Shown here piece after piece: positions 1 through 8,016 of a stretch of 23,562 nucleotides of DNA (position 1 is its first letter; each line of letters starts with the position of its first letter). The stretch is from assembly GCA_964619725.1 (NCBI GenBank), contig CAZUFC010000011.1:89537-113098 (forward strand). The letters are read 5' to 3'. Made by a program: the position numbers and the translations under genes. The notes under the pieces are model-generated. The model had not been told where the DNA came from, did not search any database, and saw only the letters and a list, made by a program, of their open reading frames with translations. Source of the stretch: an uncultured bacterium. Lineage in GTDB: Bacteria; CSSED10-310; CAZUFC01.

Positions 1-2
1 CT

Positions 3-280
3 TTATCCCCTACCGTCACGCTCAGTCCGACTAAATCGCCCACTCTTTCGCCTACCGTCACGCTGTCCCCGACAAGAACGCCCACTCACACGCCGACACG
101 CACCCTTTCGCCCACGATGTCGCCCACGCTGACTCCCACCGTCACTGCTTCCCCAACCCTATCGCCCACCAGGACGCCCACATCCACCAATACCCCTACT
201 CAATCTCCTTCAGACACACCCACCTGGATACCCACTCCTACGCCTTCCTTTACAGCCACCTACACTCCATCATGGTATCC
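3..280 (+). repeat. Degenerate coding tandem repeat encoding a (L/T)(S/T)PT linker
   Basis: Repeated cct/ccc-acc/act codon units; cctaccgtcacgct occurs twice in the first 65 nt. Confidence 0.8.
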
Positions 281-1940
281 CACTCAATCCATGCTCACGG
301 AAATAGTGATCGGAGCCGCTCATCCCCTGGCGGGAGGCGGAAAAGCTATCGGACAAGACAGGGTTATGGTATTCCTTGTTTGCGGGTATGGACCTTATTT
401 GTGTCCCGATCCTGCGGAAGACGGCAAATGGCAGGAACCCGGACGCGTCCTCCTGTCTCATGCCCCCCAGGGCGAACCCGTTAATTCTCCTGAAATATCA
501 GGAAACGTGGTCGCTATTCTGACGGACGATCTTAAATGCGATTGGGACAATCGCTATGATGTTCTCGTCGTAACCAATGAAAATCGCCCCGAAACAGGAC
601 AGGAAGAAAACTTCAATCTATTCCTCTTTGAAAGCAAGTCACCGGATATCCATGGCCTTAATTATGTTTGCGGTCACTCTGAGAATCTGAAACGAGCGGA
701 GTTCGTCGCATCCAGAATTCCAGACCTCGAACATCCCGGGGAATTCGTAACCGCTGAAATAATCGACGCCGCCATCGGAGATATCGACGGCGATTACCGC
801 AACGAAATAATTATAGCTATGAATCCCTCCGAGGTTTCAGATTACCGCAGTTCAATCGTTACTTATGACATCGCCGACGTTATCGGCTCTCCGGGAGAAC
901 CCCCGACCTTCGCTTTGAATGAAATTATGGAAAATTACAGCTTCCTGATTGAAGATCATCGATTGGTCGACATTAATATCGGTCATTACTATCCGTCGAC
1001 CTCTCCTGATATGCACGAAGACCTCATGCTGGGTCTCATTCCCGATCCCGACGCGCCGCCCTCCTCAATTCAGGATGTCCGCTTTTATTATTCCAATCCC
1101 TATCCCAGTCCGACGCCTTCGCCCAGCCCCACAATAACTCCCACTGCAACGGTTACTCATTCGCCCTCATGCGCATTCGTGATGCTTCCTAATGCCTCGA
1201 TAAAATTAAGCGATCTGGGTGATTACATTCCAGGAGATCAAACGACCAGAATAGACTCCGGCTCCATATTCGTCGAAAATCCTGTTCACGATTTCATTAT
1301 AGGAACGAAATACAACGTTTATTTCCTCAAGAACAACAATCTCGACCTGTCTCCGCCTCAGGAAATCCATTGTGAAAATGTAAATGAAGAGGTTCTCGAC
1401 ATCGAAGTCGCAAGGTTCTTCTTCCCTATCCAGGACCCGCTGTATGATGTATTCATCATGACAGGGGAAGACGATCCGGCAGAATATAATTTATTTGAAT
1501 TCGCAGGCAAAAGCGGCAATGTGCAATTGAAATATTCCACTTTTATACCTTTATCCCCCAATTGTTTCGAAATAGGCGAACTGAATTTCACTGACGGAGA
1601 ATTGCCTTACGACATGGTCGTGGGTCATACCGACCCGGTTTCCGGCGCGGGCTGCCCCAATCCGGGTTATCCCAGATTCCCTGCAAATATACATTTAGGG
1701 GATTTCAACGAATCCGAAAACAACTATTTCATACCCGCCGTAGTCCACGATGAACTGACATGTCCGATTTACGGCCCCATCAGAGACATTGCTATCGTTC
1801 AGAATCATTATCAGTCATCGCATCCCGGCGTCGGCTCCGGCGGAAGCCTAGCGGCCGAAGCTCCCCGTCAAAGACCTCCGGAACACTTTAAATTGCCTGC
1901 AAACTCTCATAACTCCTCTGCGCATATGAGCAGCGATTAA
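3..1940 (+). CDS. C-terminal part of a large Pro/Thr/Ser-rich, probably secreted protein with FG-GAP/VCBS-like motif(s); 5' end lies outside the window
   Basis: The frame is open from position 3 (LSPTVTLSPTKSPTLSPT...) through the ORF-track Met at 117 to TAA at 1938-1940. It has a long (S/T)PT low-complexity linker, then an acidic globular region with AIGDIDGDYRNEIIIA (FG-GAP-like Ca-binding loop). Confidence 0.75.
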   Translation, partial: LSPTVTLSPTKSPTLSPTVTLSPTRTPTHTPTRTLSPTMSPTLTPTVTASPTLSPTRTPTSTNTPTQSPSDTPTWIPTPTPSFTATYTPSWYPTQSMLTEIVIGAAHPLAGGGKAIGQDRVMVFLVCGYGPYLCPDPAEDGKWQEPGRVLLSHAPQGEPVNSPEISGNVVAILTDDLKCDWDNRYDVLVVTNENRPETGQEENFNLFLFESKSPDIHGLNYVCGHSENLKRAEFVASRIPDLEHPGEFVTAEIIDAAIGDIDGDYRNEIIIAMNPSEVSDYRSSIVTYDIADVIGSPGEPPTFALNEIMENYSFLIEDHRLVDINIGHYYPSTSPDMHEDLMLGLIPDPDAPPSSIQDVRFYYSNPYPSPTPSPSPTITPTATVTHSPSCAFVMLPNASIKLSDLGDYIPGDQTTRIDSGSIFVENPVHDFIIGTKYNVYFLKNNNLDLSPPQEIHCENVNEEVLDIEVARFFFPIQDPLYDVFIMTGEDDPAEYNLFEFAGKSGNVQLKYSTFIPLSPNCFEIGELNFTDGELPYDMVVGHTDPVSGAGCPNPGYPRFPANIHLGDFNESENNYFIPAVVHDELTCPIYGPIRDIAIVQNHYQSSHPGVGSGGSLAAEAPRQRPPEHFKLPANSHNSSAHMSSD

Positions 1941-1994
1941 TATTGTCGTCAAACTTGCGGAAACACAGCGGCTTGTTTTCTCTGCAAAGAACAC

Positions 1995-2112
1995 CGAATT
2001 TCCCCGAATAATGCTGTAGGCTGCGAATTTGACCAGTCAACGTACAAGCGGCGCTCAAAGGTTACGCCTCCTTCGCAAATCCGCAGCCTGAAGCAGTATT
2101 AGGGAAAATTCG
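1995..2112. repeat. 37-bp imperfect inverted repeat (MITE/REP-like element or structured RNA)
   Basis: Left arm 1995-2031 cgaatttccccgaataatgctgtaggctgcgaatttg pairs with right arm 2076-2112 caaatccgcagcctgaagcagtattagggaaaattcg at 31/37 positions. Confidence 0.7.
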
Positions 2113-2192
2113 CCCTTTATGGACAAAAACCAGGTAGAGAAGTTATTCACAGGCATTGGCCGGAGAATGTTGCGATTCCCCGAACGAACATC

Positions 2193-2221
2193 TTGCAATT
2201 TTAACGGCATCCTGCTATAAA
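2193..2221 (+). promoter_or_regulatory. Putative sigma70 promoter of the dehydrogenase/aconitase operon
   Basis: TTGCAA (2193-2198), 17-nt spacer, TATAAA (2216-2221), with an extended -10 TGn. Confidence 0.55.
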
Positions 2222-2226
2222 CCCTA

Positions 2227-2262
2227 TTTTCAACGACAATTTGGAATTCTTGTCGTTGGAAA
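2227..2262 (+). promoter_or_regulatory. Inverted repeat just downstream of the predicted TSS (operator or 5' hairpin)
   Basis: caacgacaa (2231-2239) and ttgtcgttg (2250-2258) form a perfect 9-bp inverted repeat, extendable to 13 bp with one G-U pair. Confidence 0.45.
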
Positions 2263-2300
2263 CCTTAACCATGGCAAACAATCGGCTTAATTTGGAGGTA

Positions 2301-3488
2301 ATGATGAGCAAATATCACATAGTAGCAATGCCGGGAGACGGGATCGGCAAAGTTGTTTTGTCGGAATCGCTGAGACTTCTGGAAGCTGTCGGCTTCGATG
2401 CGGAATATCATCATGCTGACATCGGTTGGGAATTCTGGCAGACGCAAGGCAATCCTCTGCCTCAGAAGACTCTGGATTTGCTGGAGAGATACAAGGTCGG
2501 ACTCTTCGGCGCTATTACTTCAAAACCCAAAGACAAAGCGGCGCAGGAGCTGGACCCGAAATTAAGGGACAAGGGCTACGTCTATTACAGTCCTATTGTA
2601 GGATTAAGGCAGCATTTCAACCTGGAATTCTGCATCAGACCCTGTAAAACTTTTCCGGGCAATCCTTTAAACTTCATCAGGAAGTCCAGGGACGGCGGTT
2701 TTGAAGAGCCCGATGTGGATGTCGTCATATTCCGGCAAAATACGGAAGGCCTCTATTCGGGCGTAGAGTGGACCAATCCTCCGGATCAGGTCTATGAAGC
2801 CCTTAAAACACACCCGAAATTCAAAAGATTCGCGGAAACCCCCAGAGAACAGTTAGCCGTTTCGACGCGCATCTTTACTCAGGGCGCATGCGAAAGAATT
2901 GTGCGCGCTGCTTTCGAGTATGCGGATAAATTCGGATATAAATCGGTAACCATCTGTGAAAAACCCAATGTCATTCGGGAAACATCGGGCATGATGGAAG
3001 CGGTAGCGGAAGAAATTCAGAAGGAATTCAGCCATATCGAACGCTGGTCGACTAACATCGATGCGCAAATGATGTGGCTGACCAAGAATCCGGAAACTTA
3101 CGGAGTTATAGTCTGCGGAAATATGTTCGGCGATATCGTATCAGACGGATTCGCAGGATTAACCGGCGGTCTGGGTTTCGCCTGTTCGGCAAACGTAGGC
3201 AAAGAGGTGGCGGTCTTCGAACCTACCCACGGGTCAGCTCCAAAATATGAAAAACTGTCTCCCTCCATCGTCAACCCCTTCGCCATGTTCCTCTCCGCCG
3301 CTCTGCTGCTCGACCATCTGGGCGAAATAGACAAAGCTAAAAAAATTCGTAATGCCATCAGCGCCGTTATTGCCGACAAAAAAATACGCACATATGATAT
3401 GCTTAAAATGTCCGGCGGACCCGAAGTCATTAAAAACGGCGCTGCCTCCACTGAACAGGTTACGGATGCGGTCATCAGTCGACTGTGA
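2301..3488 (+). CDS. Isocitrate/isopropylmalate dehydrogenase family protein, probably homoisocitrate dehydrogenase
   Basis: RBS GGAGG at 2293-2297 before ATG 2301/2304. Motifs MPGDGIG, LFGAITS, YYSPIVGLR, RQNTEGLY, KPNV, NMFGDIVSD and FEPTHGSAP. Confidence 0.9.
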   Translation: MMSKYHIVAMPGDGIGKVVLSESLRLLEAVGFDAEYHHADIGWEFWQTQGNPLPQKTLDLLERYKVGLFGAITSKPKDKAAQELDPKLRDKGYVYYSPIVGLRQHFNLEFCIRPCKTFPGNPLNFIRKSRDGGFEEPDVDVVIFRQNTEGLYSGVEWTNPPDQVYEALKTHPKFKRFAETPREQLAVSTRIFTQGACERIVRAAFEYADKFGYKSVTICEKPNVIRETSGMMEAVAEEIQKEFSHIERWSTNIDAQMMWLTKNPETYGVIVCGNMFGDIVSDGFAGLTGGLGFACSANVGKEVAVFEPTHGSAPKYEKLSPSIVNPFAMFLSAALLLDHLGEIDKAKKIRNAISAVIADKKIRTYDMLKMSGGPEVIKNGAASTEQVTDAVISRL

Positions 3489-3505
3489 CGGCCCAGCGAC
3501 ATTCA

Positions 3506-3559
3506 GAATCCTTGCTATGCAGGCGGAGCCGGCTGCAGCCCTCTTCGCCTGCCGGGTTC
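3506..3559 (+). other. Intercistronic GC-rich hairpin without a U-tail
   Basis: gcaggcggag (3519-3528) pairs with cttcgcctgc (3543-3552) with one G-U. Outer arms gaatcc/gggttc can extend it. Confidence 0.45.
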
Positions 3560-3581
3560 ATTCACGGAAGGAATGTATAAA

Positions 3582-4853
3582 ATGGCAATGACATTCGCTC
3601 AAAAAGTTCTGGCAAAAAAAGCAGGCGTCAATCACGTTGTACCCGGTCAAATCGTCTTCATAAAACCCGATCACCTCCTGACTCACGATAATACCGCAGC
3701 CATAATCGGAAAAATCGAAAAGGAGTTGGATGAATTCGGCCTGTTCAATCGCGATCTGCCTGTTATTGTTCTTGATCATGTTATTCCGGCAGCATCGGAA
3801 AAAAATGCTGCGGGGCATCAAAAAATAAGACAATTCGTGAAGGAGCATGAATTAAAAAACTTCTTCGACATAGGCCGGGGCGTTTGCCATCAGGTCATTA
3901 TGGAAGAGGGGCTGGCTCTCCCGGGAACCGTCATCGTCGGCTCGGATTCCCATACATGCTCTTACGGCGCTGTCGGTTGTTTCTCCACGGGAATAGACCG
4001 TACCGAAGCCGCTGCGCTTCTTCTAACCGGCAAAACCTGGTTCAAGGTTCCCTCCAGCATTAAAATTAATTTGCTGGGTCAATTGCCGCCAATGCTCGAT
4101 GCCAAAGACATCATCCTCAAAATAATCTCTGACCTGGGTGCGGACGGAGCCGCCTATAAAGCCGTAGAATTCCACGAGCAAACTGAAAGCCTGTCGATTT
4201 CCGAACGCTTTACGATAGCTAATATGGGAATTGAAATGGGAGCGAAAGTCGCCGTATTTCCCGCTGACGACAAAGCAAGAGATTTCCTGAAGTCAGTTGG
4301 AGCATCGCCCGGTTCTTACGAGCCTGTTTGGGCTGATTCGGATGCCCATTACGAACAAATTATCGATTTTGACCTCCATTCGCTTACTCCGAGAATCGCA
4401 TTACCTCATGCCGTCGATAACGGAGAATCAGTCGAAAATATTCAGGATATAGAAATTCATCAATGCCTCATTGGAACCTGCACCAACGGGAGATCGGACG
4501 ACTTCCGCACTGCCGCTGAAATCTTGAAAAACAAAATAGTGCATAAAAACGTCCGATTGCTGATCCTTCCCGCGTCGAATTCCGTTATGCGGGAAATCAT
4601 TGAAGACGGAACCTTGCATATACTGGTTAAAGCCGGCGCCGTCATCTTGCCCCCCGGGTGCGGTCCATGCCTCGGCGCACACCAGGGAGCCCTGGCGCCC
4701 GGCGAGCGATGCCTCTCGACTTCCAATCGCAATTTCAAGGGACGTATGGGCTGTGCAGAAGCTGAAATTTTTCTCGCTTCTCCCGCCACTGTCGCTGCCT
4801 CTGCTCTTACAGGAAAAATTACCGACCCCAGAACCATGGGAGAATCAATATGA
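3582..4853 (+). CDS. Homoaconitase / 3-isopropylmalate dehydratase family large subunit (HacA/LeuC-like)
   Basis: AAGGA RBS at 3568-3572 favours ATG 3582 (MAMTFAQK). Motifs DHVIP, GVCHQ, GSDSHTCSYGA, IGTCTNGR, PGCGPCLG (4Fe-4S Cys) and STSNRNFKGRMG. Confidence 0.92.
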   Translation: MAMTFAQKVLAKKAGVNHVVPGQIVFIKPDHLLTHDNTAAIIGKIEKELDEFGLFNRDLPVIVLDHVIPAASEKNAAGHQKIRQFVKEHELKNFFDIGRGVCHQVIMEEGLALPGTVIVGSDSHTCSYGAVGCFSTGIDRTEAAALLLTGKTWFKVPSSIKINLLGQLPPMLDAKDIILKIISDLGADGAAYKAVEFHEQTESLSISERFTIANMGIEMGAKVAVFPADDKARDFLKSVGASPGSYEPVWADSDAHYEQIIDFDLHSLTPRIALPHAVDNGESVENIQDIEIHQCLIGTCTNGRSDDFRTAAEILKNKIVHKNVRLLILPASNSVMREIIEDGTLHILVKAGAVILPPGCGPCLGAHQGALAPGERCLSTSNRNFKGRMGCAEAEIFLASPATVAASALTGKITDPRTMGESI

Positions 4854-5335
4854 AAATATGGTACTACGGCGATCAGGACGGAATCAATACGGATATGCTC
4901 TTCCCGGGTAAATATACCTATACCTGCTCTGAACCTGATGAAATTATTCCTCACCTCCTGGAAGACCTGGACCCGGAATTCGCCAAAAACGCCCGGCCTG
5001 GAGATATAATTCTAGCAGGCAAAAATTTCGGCTGCGGCAGCTCCAGAGAACAACCCGTCCTCGGCCTCAAAGCCCTCGGCATTTCCGCAGTCATCGCCAA
5101 AAGCTTCGCCAGAATTTTCTACAGGGCTGCAGTCAACCAGGGTCTTATCCTGATTGAATCCCCTGAAGCCGTCAACGCATATTCAATAGGAAAAAAAGTC
5201 TCACTCGATCTCGATAAAGGCAAAATATACGTTGGAAACGATTCCTTCGACTTCTCTCCCCTACCTCCTGAAATCATCGCCATCAGAGATGCCGGAGGAC
5301 TCCTGGCCTATACCCGTAAAATCCTTAGCGAATAA
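4850..5335 (+). CDS. Homoaconitase / 3-isopropylmalate dehydratase family small subunit (HacB/LeuD-like)
   Basis: ATGA overlap with the large subunit. Motifs INTDMLFPGKY, AGKNFGCGSSRE and AKSFARIFYR. Confidence 0.92.
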   Translation: MKIWYYGDQDGINTDMLFPGKYTYTCSEPDEIIPHLLEDLDPEFAKNARPGDIILAGKNFGCGSSREQPVLGLKALGISAVIAKSFARIFYRAAVNQGLILIESPEAVNAYSIGKKVSLDLDKGKIYVGNDSFDFSPLPPEIIAIRDAGGLLAYTRKILSE

Positions 5336-5627
5336 AAAACCGGCCCCCCGTTTTCGGGTAAGGTCGCAATTTATAAGATGTCTTTAATGGTTTTTAATTC
5401 CGCAGCCGGCATTTCCTCTATGCCTGACCGCCTTTGTTTTACTTGAATTCTGATGAAGTATTTCCCGAAAAGTTCCGGGACCGATCAAAGAGCACGGGCA
5501 ATTTCCATAAATCGCTTCTTCTCCTCTCCTTGTCGATCAGTGTAATCAGAGGTTGCCGAGGACCGAACGATTTTTACCAAAAACTGGGTATATTAATCAT
5601 TCCCAAAACTTCGAATCTCTTCCGATC

Positions 5628-6155
5628 TTAAAAAGGCGCAAACCTCGCGTTCGCCCAGTATTCCTCTTTCAATTCCTCCTGCTGCTTCAACAGCGCATTA
5701 TAATGTTCCGTCTCCCAGGTGGCCAGGTCTGAATAAAATTTCTTCACTTCATCCATGCGCGCCAAAGCAGCCTGCTTTCTGTAGAAATCAATAGACGACA
5801 ATTCCAATTGCACCCCGATTGATAATGCCGTCATCTCATAATGGGCATCTTTTATCCTTTTCTTTATTTTCTTCGAAAAAATAGGACTCGCCTTTTCAAA
5901 TTTCTGCGGCTCATTTAGCTGCACATCAGTGTCGAAACTGTCGGTATCTATCAAAGAATTGTATTGTTTCATGAGGATGTCCTCATGATATTTCTCTTCT
6001 TCAGCAAGCTGCCGAAACACTTGTTTTCCCTTCTTGTCTTCGGTCGAAACCGCAGCCATATTGTAAAAATATTGTCCCTCAACCTCGGCCTTTATCGCCG
6101 CCTTTAAACCATCCAATAGAATCTTCTTTTCATCTTCACTCACGACTTTTTTCAT
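5628..6155 (-). CDS. Rubrerythrin/ferritin-like diiron protein without a rubredoxin domain
   Basis: Start reassigned to MKKVVSE at 6155, with a GGAG RBS at 6163-6166. Two diiron repeats: E-x6-Y...EEKYH and E-x6-Y...WETEHY. Confidence 0.85.
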   Translation of the reverse strand: MKKVVSEDEKKILLDGLKAAIKAEVEGQYFYNMAAVSTEDKKGKQVFRQLAEEEKYHEDILMKQYNSLIDTDSFDTDVQLNEPQKFEKASPIFSKKIKKRIKDAHYEMTALSIGVQLELSSIDFYRKQAALARMDEVKKFYSDLATWETEHYNALLKQQEELKEEYWANARFAPF

Positions 6156-6372
6156 CTGAATACTCCAAAAAACATGGTGCGTCCTGTTTAACTGCAGCCG
6201 GAAGAAACTTTTATGCCCGGCGCCCCTATTCGTTTTTCCATCTCTGATGCCCGTTTTTAGGTCTTTACGAGCGCCTAATTTCACCGGCATAGCATTCCAT
6301 CGCCCATCAGCCATTTCTTGTCTCTGATGAACCCTGCTTCAACGAAAAGCATAAAAAATCGCGTCAAGAAAG

Positions 6373-8010
6373 TCAAAGAGAGATTCTGCCCAACAACCTG
6401 TTCTTTCGAGCAAACTGCATAATACTGAAAACAGCGGCGCCGGCCAGCAGGAAAGCGACGGAAGGAAACAGCCAGATTCCTGTTTTGAAACGTTTGGGCC
6501 AGGTCATGAACCATAAGTCGAAACCGAGTCTTATACTGCGATCAGGGCGATCCGGCGCCCAGTCTGGATTGAGGTTTCTCCAGGGACAGTTACGCTTCAT
6601 ATATGCAACAGTTTCTTCCTCGTTCCCGGAGATTCCTCCCTTGATAACTCCCTTCATTATCCACCAATGTCCCACCACAGGGGAAAAAACCGGAACAAAA
6701 TCCACATAAAAAAGATCGCTTCTTAAATTTGTGTCGCCTTCGATCCATAACGGAAACAGATGCACCTCATCAGCAACGAATTGAAGGTAATTGGCGAAAT
6801 GAACCAGAGTTCCAAGTATCTGGATGCCGAATGATATCAAGATGATCAGGGCGACTGCCGCCTTCTTTATCCGGGAACTGCTACTCAACTGCTGTAAAAC
6901 TTCGTTTAACGGCAATAACAGAAAAGGCAGAACCGGCAGCAAATATCTTGGGCCCCAGCACCAGCTTCCACCCCAGGTCCAATACTTGGCGTGGAAGAGG
7001 AGCGACACGGACGCCAAACCCAGAAAAAGCAGCGTCTCTCGCCTGTGCTTGCGGTAAAATGCGGGCAACGCAAGCAAAACAGGCAGCAACAGCGGATTGT
7101 AAATCAAAATGCCTTTGCCCGAACTGACCAGGAGTCCGTATAATCCCTCAACCAGCGGCGTGTTGAAACCGAAAAAGAGATTCCGTTGAGCGTACCCGAA
7201 ATCCAAGGCGTTACCGAATCGAATATAATTGTAATATAGCGATGCCGCGCCGCCTGCCGCAGGTCCCGCACAAAAAAGAAGTATGCTCGATACCTGCTCC
7301 TGGATCCTCCTGCGCCGGTTTTTCCAGACTATATAACCCGCTAATAAAGGAAAAAAAATAATCAGGGCTGCCTTTACCGTCAGGGCGAATCCGTATAAAA
7401 CTCCGGCTGTTATAAAAAAATGACGCTGTCTGTGCTCCCGCAAAGTCCCTTTATAAATTAAATAAACGCTTGCCGTCAACAGTAGAGTCTGCAGAGGATC
7501 GCGAAAAAGCAGCTTGGAATACGGTAGAAACATGCTAGCTGTCGCAATGGTCAATGATGATAAAAATGCGATGTGAGGACTATAACCCAGATTCATGGAG
7601 AAATTAATAAAGACGTAAATAATCAAAAGCATGATCACCGGTGCGGATAAGGAAACGGCAATCTGAAGAACGTCATGCTCTTTCAGAGGGAGCAGCGGGG
7701 CAGCAATCCTTCCGGCCAAATAAAACGGCGCCTGTACTATGGAAGGTCCGATCCCGTAATTGGAATAGGAACGCCCGTCAATTCCCTTTTTGGTTATCAG
7801 AGGGTGCGGTATGGTGTCGAATCTTCCGTGCTCGATCATATTTCTCGTCGTCTGAAACATTATGCTTTCATCATGAAAAAACGGATACCCCTTAAAAAGC
7901 AGAAAATAAAAAGCGCTGCAAAAAACAAAAAAATATATAAAAACCGCACGCTGGATTCTTTTCATGTCCGGCGAACCTCCCGGTCCCCGGTTAAAACGGG
8001 ATTCGCTCAT
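6373..8010 (-). CDS. Multi-pass membrane GT-C-fold glycosyltransferase (ArnT/PMT-like)
   Basis: About 11 or more hydrophobic segments. Acidic HDE motif after TM1, GFALTVK, YNYIRFG and WGPRYLLP motifs typical of lipid-carrier-dependent glycosyltransferases. Start could alternatively be 7965. Confidence 0.75.
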   Translation of the reverse strand: MSESRFNRGPGGSPDMKRIQRAVFIYFFVFCSAFYFLLFKGYPFFHDESIMFQTTRNMIEHGRFDTIPHPLITKKGIDGRSYSNYGIGPSIVQAPFYLAGRIAAPLLPLKEHDVLQIAVSLSAPVIMLLIIYVFINFSMNLGYSPHIAFLSSLTIATASMFLPYSKLLFRDPLQTLLLTASVYLIYKGTLREHRQRHFFITAGVLYGFALTVKAALIIFFPLLAGYIVWKNRRRRIQEQVSSILLFCAGPAAGGAASLYYNYIRFGNALDFGYAQRNLFFGFNTPLVEGLYGLLVSSGKGILIYNPLLLPVLLALPAFYRKHRRETLLFLGLASVSLLFHAKYWTWGGSWCWGPRYLLPVLPFLLLPLNEVLQQLSSSSRIKKAAVALIILISFGIQILGTLVHFANYLQFVADEVHLFPLWIEGDTNLRSDLFYVDFVPVFSPVVGHWWIMKGVIKGGISGNEEETVAYMKRNCPWRNLNPDWAPDRPDRSIRLGFDLWFMTWPKRFKTGIWLFPSVAFLLAGAAVFSIMQFARKNRLLGRISL

Positions 8011-8016
8011 ATTCCG

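Noticed and set aside
2143-2151. DnaA-box-like TTATTCACA
   Set aside because: It is a single box with no cluster, no adjacent dnaA/dnaN and no obvious unwinding element.
2241-2300. ORF-track N-terminal extension of the dehydrogenase from TTG 2241
   Set aside because: The GGAGG RBS sits before ATG 2301/2304 and family similarity starts there. The extension overlaps the leader inverted repeat.
2301-5335. Assigning gene symbols leuB/leuC/leuD
   Set aside because: Specificity-region motifs point away from the leucine enzymes. Substrate is unresolved, so no symbol is given.
5336-5627. 65-aa ORF at 5434-5631 and a possible terminator after the small subunit
   Set aside because: The ORF has a TTG start, no RBS and no motif. 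The hairpin candidates near 5340-5358 are short and ambiguous.
6156-6314. ORF-track N-terminal extension of the ferritin-like protein, and a possible SAM-riboswitch-like leader (catcagaga twice on the minus strand)
   Set aside because: The RBS supports the start at 6155. The other conserved SAM-I elements are not recognisable.
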